Assembly (NCBI GenBank): GCA_050010475.1
Contig: JBEKKY010000002.1
Coordinates: forward strand, 1-38,591
Length of the DNA: 38,591 bases
From: Acidobacteriota bacterium
GTDB taxonomy: Bacteria; Acidobacteriota; UBA6911
Direction of reading: 5' to 3'
Both the position numbers and the translations under genes were made by a program. Below the pieces are notes generated by a model. The model worked only from the letters and a program-made list of their open reading frames with translations. It did not search any database and had not been told where the DNA came from. Positions 1 to 5,337 of the stretch are shown one piece after another. Within the stretch, counting starts at the first letter, position 1. Each line of letters begins with the position of its first letter.

Positions 1-384
1 TATCTGACCCGCGCCGTGGCGCCGGGAATGATTCAGCGCAAACGGGGGCGAATTATAAATTTCAGCATGGTAAACGCCGACCAGCATGTCGGCCAGCCTT
101 ACATCACGGCGCATTACATTGCTAAGATCGGAGTCATCGTTCTGACCCGCTCTCTGGCCAAAATCCTTGCCCCGCATGGTATCACGGCCAATTCAATTTC
201 TCCGGGATTCATAGAAACGGGAAGCATGCCTCAAGAAGAGCTCTCGCGCTCATTCCAGAGCATCCCCGCTGGATATATGGGCACGCCGGACGACGCGGCA
301 GACGCCGTGCTTTATTTGCTTTCGGATGAGGCGCGATACGTCAATGGGACAAATATTCATCTAAGCGGCGCCTGGGGAGTGTGA
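1..384 (+). CDS. Short-chain dehydrogenase/reductase (SDR), C-terminal part; the 5' end lies outside the window
   Basis: Frame 1 is open from base 1 to the TGA at 382-384. The tail (ITANSISPGFIETG, YVNGTNIHLSGAWGV) looks like the C-terminal half of classical FabG-like SDRs. Confidence 0.8.
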   Translation, partial: YLTRAVAPGMIQRKRGRIINFSMVNADQHVGQPYITAHYIAKIGVIVLTRSLAKILAPHGITANSISPGFIETGSMPQEELSRSFQSIPAGYMGTPDDAADAVLYLLSDEARYVNGTNIHLSGAWGV

Positions 385-387
385 ACT

Positions 388-459
388 ACAGTAGTCAGTA
401 GTCAGTTAGCCAGTTCGTTGCCTCTCACTGACTACTGACTACTGACTACTGACTACTGT
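388..459. repeat. Hairpin with arms made of tandem heptamers (AGTCAGT x2-3 / ACTGACT x4-5). It fills the gap between convergent genes and is a probable bidirectional terminator.
   Basis: Left arm acagtagtcagtagtcagt (388-406) is the exact reverse complement of 441-459. The right arm carries extra heptamer copies from 427. Confidence 0.7.
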
Positions 460-1224
460 CCCGATCCTGTTCCAGCGGATTCCATCCGTCCCTGAAGAAT
501 AATAGACCTGCCGCACTTTCGCGATTACATCGCTCAGCGGAACGAAGCCGAACGCCCGGCTGTCATAGCTGTGCGCCCGGTTGTCTCCAAGAACGTAAAC
601 GAAACCATGGGGCACTTCTTTCCTGGTTCCGTCCGCACCGGTGATTGTCTCGCCGGGGAGAGCTTCAATCCTCTTGACGTATTTCTTGCTCCGATCGTCC
701 GGATACACAAGGATCACAACATCCCCCTTTTGTGGCGCGATGCGGCGATAGGCCGTGTTGTCTGCCAGTACCCGGTCTCCTAAACGAATCGCAGGTTCCA
801 TGCTTCCGCCTGCAATCTTGTATGCCTCGGCAACATTATCTTTGACATATCCGAATACGGCGCCGGAGACCAGAACCCAGCCGAGGAGCCAGACTGCGAC
901 GTAGAAATACCAGCGATTGTAGGATGCAGGCTGATAAGAGGTCGTTGCCGCCTTCCGATAGGAATCGATCACGGCAGCGGCATACAAAATGATAACGGCC
1001 AGAATTGTACAAAGAGCGCCGAAGATCAGCACTTTATCGGGCAACAGCATCGTCCATCGAAATCCGAGAATGTACAGCACCTGGAGAATAACAAAATAGC
1101 TTATTCCCTTAATCAGCTCACCGTTATATATCTGGCCAAGGCCGGGCATCGCCAATCCCATGAGAGCTGCCAACCATTTGTTCCTTCGATCCTGCTGATG
1201 CATTTCCGTTCTCCTTTTTTGCAA
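439..1224 (-). CDS. lepB: Signal peptidase I with an N-terminal multi-TM extension
   Basis: Catalytic Ser box GGSMEPAI, Lys box VKRIEALPGE and C-terminal box VLGDNRAHSYDSRAFGFVP. The N-terminal ~130 aa are hydrophobic helices with a GLGQIYNG motif. Confidence 0.85.
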   Translation of the reverse strand: MQKRRTEMHQQDRRNKWLAALMGLAMPGLGQIYNGELIKGISYFVILQVLYILGFRWTMLLPDKVLIFGALCTILAVIILYAAAVIDSYRKAATTSYQPASYNRWYFYVAVWLLGWVLVSGAVFGYVKDNVAEAYKIAGGSMEPAIRLGDRVLADNTAYRRIAPQKGDVVILVYPDDRSKKYVKRIEALPGETITGADGTRKEVPHGFVYVLGDNRAHSYDSRAFGFVPLSDVIAKVRQVYYSSGTDGIRWNRIGTVVSSQ

Positions 1225-1264
1225 TAAATACGCAAGGATGGAAAATGGGTTCCCGGATAGGTTT

Positions 1265-1480
1265 CTATTGGCATAGAGCCGGAGAGAGTAGGATCAGCGC
1301 CATTCTGATGAGATTGAATATTCCAAGCAGTATCCCGCCCGCGGACAGAATCGAAAATGTCGGATTTGAGAGAACAAAGGTGCCCGCACGTCTGCTCTGA
1401 TTATTGATGCCCATTTCGTACGTGCGTACATCGTTCATGACGCGGGTTACGAAGCTGTCGGATGGCCTAAAATTGCTCAT
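1265..1480 (-). CDS. Small membrane protein, possible anti-sigma factor partner of the upstream ECF sigma
   Basis: 71-aa ORF whose start overlaps the sigma-factor stop by 14 nt, suggesting translational coupling. The C-terminal hydrophobic helix is FSILSAGGILLGIFNLIRMALILL. There is no zf-HC2 motif, so the functional call rests on position only. Confidence 0.5.
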   Translation of the reverse strand: MSNFRPSDSFVTRVMNDVRTYEMGINNQSRRAGTFVLSNPTFSILSAGGILLGIFNLIRMALILLSPALCQ

Positions 1481-2048
1481 AGTTATTCCCTCCCAGATGC
1501 GTCTGCAACAAAAAGCGCAATCTCTCCCGGGCGCGGGACAGTCTCGATTTGACCGTGCCGGGAGAGATTTGATCGCTTACTGCGATCTCTTCCGGCGAGT
1601 CGCCCTGCAGGCTTTGCAGAATCGTGCGCTTGTAAGGCTCCGGGAGTTGTTCGAGCGCAGCACGCAGGACTAGAAGGCGTTCCTCTTCGCTCGCCGCCTG
1701 CTCGGGTGTTTTTCCCGACGCCTTCAGAGCGGCAGCCTCTTCAATCGGAATCATTGACCGGCTCTTCTTTCTCAATTCGCTGATACAACGATTGCGGGCG
1801 GTTATGAACAGCCATGCAGAGAATGGAACTCCACGCTGAATATTGAAATTTTTTATGGATTTGTAAACGTTTAGAAAGACCTCCTGGCCGATGTCTTCCA
1901 CTATCTGTTCATTGCCCATGAGGCGATAAATAAAATTCAGAAGATGCTTGTGGTATTTCTGCACAAGGAAGGAGAAGGACTCGCTATTGCCGGCCTGAAC
2001 CCTCTTTACGGCTTCGATATCGTCCAAGAATTTCCCTCCGGCGGGCAT
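1467..2048 (-). CDS. ECF-type RNA polymerase sigma-70 family factor
   Basis: Region 2-like DIGQEVFLNVYKSIKNF..FSAWLFITARN and region 4 HTH EEIAVSDQISPGTVKSRLSRARERL. At 193 aa the size is typical of group 4 sigma factors. Confidence 0.85.
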   Translation of the reverse strand: MPAGGKFLDDIEAVKRVQAGNSESFSFLVQKYHKHLLNFIYRLMGNEQIVEDIGQEVFLNVYKSIKNFNIQRGVPFSAWLFITARNRCISELRKKSRSMIPIEEAAALKASGKTPEQAASEEERLLVLRAALEQLPEPYKRTILQSLQGDSPEEIAVSDQISPGTVKSRLSRARERLRFLLQTHLGGNNYEQF

Positions 2049-2096
2049 AATCTACCTGACTCGAAGGATCAATACGCAGAAGTATGAAAACGGTTC

Positions 2097-3137
2097 CTAC
2101 AACAGGGAGATCAGATCGGAAAATAGAGCGAAGGCCGTCTGATCCACGGAAGGATTATTCTCCGCGATCACCAGCTCGCGCATGGTATCCGTGTTCAGGA
2201 TCAGAATATTGCCCAACCCTCTGATCGTGGCGAGCGGATCGGATATTTCGAGTTCCTGCAGTTCGACTTTCCCGATGACTCTTCCCCCTTGCCGGTATGC
2301 TCTCGCGACCAGCCGGAGCCTGCGGTCGCGGCGCACCGCTGCCCGCACGATTCTTCCGGTCTCCTCCGAGATGCTGCTCCGCTCGATATCCTTCGGTTTG
2401 ACACGGCTGCCCATCATCGCCTGTATCAGCACCGAGAGTTTGGCTGCCGCATCCCATCCATCAAGATCCAGGCTGGGGTCCGCCTCGGCGAGCCCGGCAT
2501 TCCTGGCGTAATCCAGGGCGGAATCGAACGAGGTTCCTTGTTCCATTTGGGTGAGGATGTAGTTTGTCGTGCTGTTGAGAATGCCTCTGAGCGAACGGAT
2601 GCGTGTCGCGGGCAACGTCTGTCGAACGAGGTTGAAAACCGGCGCTCCGTCCATGACGGTTCCTTCGTACAGGAAGCGGACGCCACGAAGCCGGGCGAGT
2701 CCCGTCAACTGGCGGAAATGGGTGGCAACCGGCCCTTTGTTCGTCGTAATGACGTGAAGACCTGCCCCCAGTGCCTCCCGGATGTATGTGGCGGCCGGCT
2801 CTCCACTGAGGTCCAATACGCTCATTTCAAAAAGGACATCGGCGCCGCATTGACGGATGAAGTCCGTGGTTGAATCACAGGTGGGACCGTTATTGAAGTG
2901 GTCCAGGTTTGAATGCCGTTTCCAAGATCCCAGGATTTTTTTGATCGGAAGCCCATTGTGATCAATGGAAGTTCCGTGATTTCTGGTCGCGATTCCGGTG
3001 ATCTTCCATTCGAGCCCGAACTCTCTGAGAAGCCATTTCCGGCGATCGATCAATAAACGCGCAAAAGCGCGCCCAACGTGCCCGAATCCGATAAATGCGA
3101 AATTGATTTGTCGTGGTTCCTGTTCCATCGGCTTCAC
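2097..3137 (-). CDS. hom: Homoserine dehydrogenase family protein (no ACT domain)
   Basis: N-terminal Rossmann motif FIGFGHVGRAF and the family block ARNAGLAEADPSLDLDGWDAAAKLSVL. Confidence 0.7.
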   Translation of the reverse strand: MKPMEQEPRQINFAFIGFGHVGRAFARLLIDRRKWLLREFGLEWKITGIATRNHGTSIDHNGLPIKKILGSWKRHSNLDHFNNGPTCDSTTDFIRQCGADVLFEMSVLDLSGEPAATYIREALGAGLHVITTNKGPVATHFRQLTGLARLRGVRFLYEGTVMDGAPVFNLVRQTLPATRIRSLRGILNSTTNYILTQMEQGTSFDSALDYARNAGLAEADPSLDLDGWDAAAKLSVLIQAMMGSRVKPKDIERSSISEETGRIVRAAVRRDRRLRLVARAYRQGGRVIGKVELQELEISDPLATIRGLGNILILNTDTMRELVIAENNPSVDQTAFALFSDLISLL

Positions 3138-3195
3138 CTTTGATTCAAATGACTGATATTACACCTGATACCCAAAATCGAAGGCACGAAAATTG

Positions 3196-3219
3196 AAACT
3201 GGGGACGCCTTCCCAGTTT
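3196..3219. promoter_or_regulatory. Palindrome in the divergent hom / DUF72 control region; function unknown
   Basis: aaactggg (3196-3203) pairs perfectly with cccagttt (3212-3219) and is followed by ttttgttt. It lies between divergently oriented genes, so it could be an operator or a leader hairpin. Confidence 0.3.
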
Positions 3220-3263
3220 TGTTTGGCCTTGATTTTCACCAAATCTTCACCTATTTTAATCCC

Positions 3264-4043
3264 ATGATCCTGGTAGGCACATGCGGCTTCCAATATCGCG
3301 ACTGGGTTCCGGTTTTCTACCCTAGAAATCTGGCCCCAGACTCTTGGCTGAAGTACTACGGCCGGAATTTCGGGTGCTGCGAGATTGGTTTCACGTACTT
3401 CCGGATTCCTGAAGTATCTGCGATTCAGCAAATTGCGGACGGGACTCGAGGGGCTCTTCAATTCGTCTTTCGCGTCCCTGCCCGGCTCTTGCAGGAACAT
3501 GCCGGCAATAAGGAACTGGCCGAAAGGTTTGCGGCAGCGTTGTGGCCTTTGAAGGAAGCCGGACAACTATCGGGAGTCCTCGCGCAGTTTCCTCCCGGGT
3601 TCGATTTCATTCGAGACAACTTCGAACGGCTCTGCCGCCTTCGGGATTCTCTCGAAAGCATTCCGTTGATCGCCGAGTTCGGCTGTGCTGCCTGGAATTC
3701 CTGTAAAGCAGCAAAACATCTGGCTTCGGTTCATATCGCCCTTGCTTGCATCGACAATGGAACGAGCCTGAACGAGAAGCCCTTTTTTTGCGTGACGGCC
3801 GAGACGGCGTACGTCCGCTTCCAGGGGCGAAATCAATCCAGGTGGCTGAAAGGGGACGGCTCCGCGCAGCACGACTACCTGTACAGCCGCGCGGAGCTTG
3901 TTGCTGCGGTTCCTGAAATCCGACGCCTGGAAAAGGAGAGTGAGCGGGTAATGGTCTTTATGAACAATCCCTGGCGAGGCCAGGCGGTTGTGAATGCACG
4001 CATGCTGATGGAAGAACTGAAGAGAATGACGAATGACGAATGA
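3264..4043 (+). CDS. DUF72 (YecE-like, UPF0759) family protein
   Basis: The N-terminus MILVGTCGFQYRDWVPVFYP fits the DUF72 opening (GTSGWxYxxWxxxFYP). I prefer the ATG at 3264 over the TTG at 3219 used by the ORF track. The last ~6 codons lie in the 4024-4112 repeat. Confidence 0.75.
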   Translation: MILVGTCGFQYRDWVPVFYPRNLAPDSWLKYYGRNFGCCEIGFTYFRIPEVSAIQQIADGTRGALQFVFRVPARLLQEHAGNKELAERFAAALWPLKEAGQLSGVLAQFPPGFDFIRDNFERLCRLRDSLESIPLIAEFGCAAWNSCKAAKHLASVHIALACIDNGTSLNEKPFFCVTAETAYVRFQGRNQSRWLKGDGSAQHDYLYSRAELVAAVPEIRRLEKESERVMVFMNNPWRGQAVVNARMLMEELKRMTNDE

Positions 4044-4112
4044 CGAATTACGAATTAGGGTCAGGCTTGGCTGTTGTTTCAATTCGTCATTCGTCATTCG
4101 TCATTCGTAATT
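4024..4112. repeat. Hairpin with arms of tandem heptamers (GAATGAC / GTCATTC) between DUF72 and imuB
   Basis: Left arm 4024-4056 and right arm 4081-4112 give about 26 bp with one mismatch. The loop is 24 nt. Confidence 0.75.
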
Positions 4113-4120
4113 TCACGAAT

Positions 4121-5311
4121 ATGGAACGAGAAATTATCTATATGAATGTGACTGCATTTCCGGTGGCGGTGGAACGAGTAATCCATCCAGAGTTGCGCGG
4201 CAAACCGGTGGTTGTCGCTCCGCTTGGAGCGTCTCGTTCAATAGTGACGGCATTATCGGCAGAAGCCTGGAGTGCAGGGATCCGTAAGGGAATGGTTCTG
4301 TCGAAGGCAATACGCTACTGCAGAAATCTGATTATTCTGCCGCCGAACGAGCCGCTTTACCTGCGGGCATCTCGAGCGATCTTCCGGGTCCTGGAAAACT
4401 TTTCACCCGTGCTTGAGCCGTCAGGCCATGGCCATGCGTATCTGGACATTACGGGCAGCGGAAGACTCTTCGGCCCGCCGCGGGACACGGCTTGGAAAGC
4501 TCAGGACGAGATACGGCGTCAGCTTCATCTGGACAGTTCGCTCGGAATTGCTTCCAACAAAATGGTGAGCCGGATTGCGTCGGAAATGATCCAGCAGCCG
4601 TCCGGCCTGCAGGATGTTCCTCACGGGAACGAATCCTCTTTCCTGGCGCCGCTGCCGGTTCGTCTGCTCCCGGGCATCGGACCTCAAACCGAAGGTCAGC
4701 TCAAAGATCTCAACATTTGCATGATCCGCGACATTGCGGCAATGAAATTGCGGCATCTCGCCCTGGCTTTCGGACGCTTCGGGTATGTGCTGCATCAGCG
4801 GGCGCTGGGAATCGACAGCACGCCGGTGAATCCGATGCGCGCCATCCCTGCTTTGGAACTGGAAACGGTACTGCCGGAAGACAGTAACGACTATGAAGTA
4901 TTGAAGCGGACACTGCGCGAACTCTGCGAAGAGGCCGGGGAACAACTCCGGGGAAGAAGGCAGCGTGCCGGCCGGGTAGAGCTGCGTATCGGGTATTCCG
5001 ATTACCGGGAAGAAGAACACAAATTCAAAATTGTTCCGCCCGTGCAGTCTTCGGCGATTCTATCTGCGCGCGCCCTGTCGGCTTTGAACGTGATTCTGAA
5101 GCGCCGCACGCGCGTGCGCAGTGTGCACCTGCGGTTGACGGATCTTTCGGTCGGGTTGGTTCAGCTGGATCTGTTCGGGGATCCGAAGCCCGAACGTCAG
5201 TCGAAGCTGGAAACAGCGCTGGACTCCTTGCGCAAACGTTACGGGAAAGCAGTCGTCAGTCATCAGTCGCCAGTCGTCAGTAAAACGGCTGAAGCAGTTT
5301 GCCATCACTGA
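4121..5311 (+). CDS. imuB: ImuB-type catalytically inactive Y-family DNA polymerase homologue
   Basis: The layout matches Y-family polymerases, but the carboxylates are lost. YMNVTAFPVAVE stands where the dinB in this window has VDMDAFYAAVE, and GHGHAYLDITGS stands where dinB has SIDEAFLDVTGS. It sits immediately upstream of dnaE2. The ATG at 4121 is preferred because the 4040 start reads through the repeat. Confidence 0.8.
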   Translation: MEREIIYMNVTAFPVAVERVIHPELRGKPVVVAPLGASRSIVTALSAEAWSAGIRKGMVLSKAIRYCRNLIILPPNEPLYLRASRAIFRVLENFSPVLEPSGHGHAYLDITGSGRLFGPPRDTAWKAQDEIRRQLHLDSSLGIASNKMVSRIASEMIQQPSGLQDVPHGNESSFLAPLPVRLLPGIGPQTEGQLKDLNICMIRDIAAMKLRHLALAFGRFGYVLHQRALGIDSTPVNPMRAIPALELETVLPEDSNDYEVLKRTLRELCEEAGEQLRGRRQRAGRVELRIGYSDYREEEHKFKIVPPVQSSAILSARALSALNVILKRRTRVRSVHLRLTDLSVGLVQLDLFGDPKPERQSKLETALDSLRKRYGKAVVSHQSPVVSKTAEAVCHH

Positions 5312-5337
5312 CGACTGACGACTGACAACTGACGACT
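5251..5337. repeat. Hairpin with arms of tandem heptamers (CAGTCGT / ACTGACG) spanning the imuB stop and ending 1 nt before the dnaE2 ATG
   Basis: Left arm 5251-5281 and right arm 5307-5337 are 31 nt each with 3 mismatches. The imuB stop TGA (5309-5311) lies inside the right arm. Confidence 0.75.

Noticed and set aside
3138-3263. SOS/LexA box upstream of the DUF72-imuB-dnaE2 cassette and upstream of dinB (26876-26931).
   Set aside because: The palindromes present (AAACTGGG-N8-CCCAGTTT at 3196-3219, AAAACGGTG-N5-CACCGTTTT at 26885-26907) differ in sequence and spacing. Neither matches a LexA motif I can recall for any phylum, so I cannot support an operator call without a genome-wide motif search.
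4024-4112. Possible CRISPR-like array, because of the regularly spaced short repeats (also at 388-459, 5251-5337 and 33566-33639).
   Set aside because: The units are only 7-8 nt, directly abutting with no spacers, and are arranged as two inverted arms. No cas genes are present.
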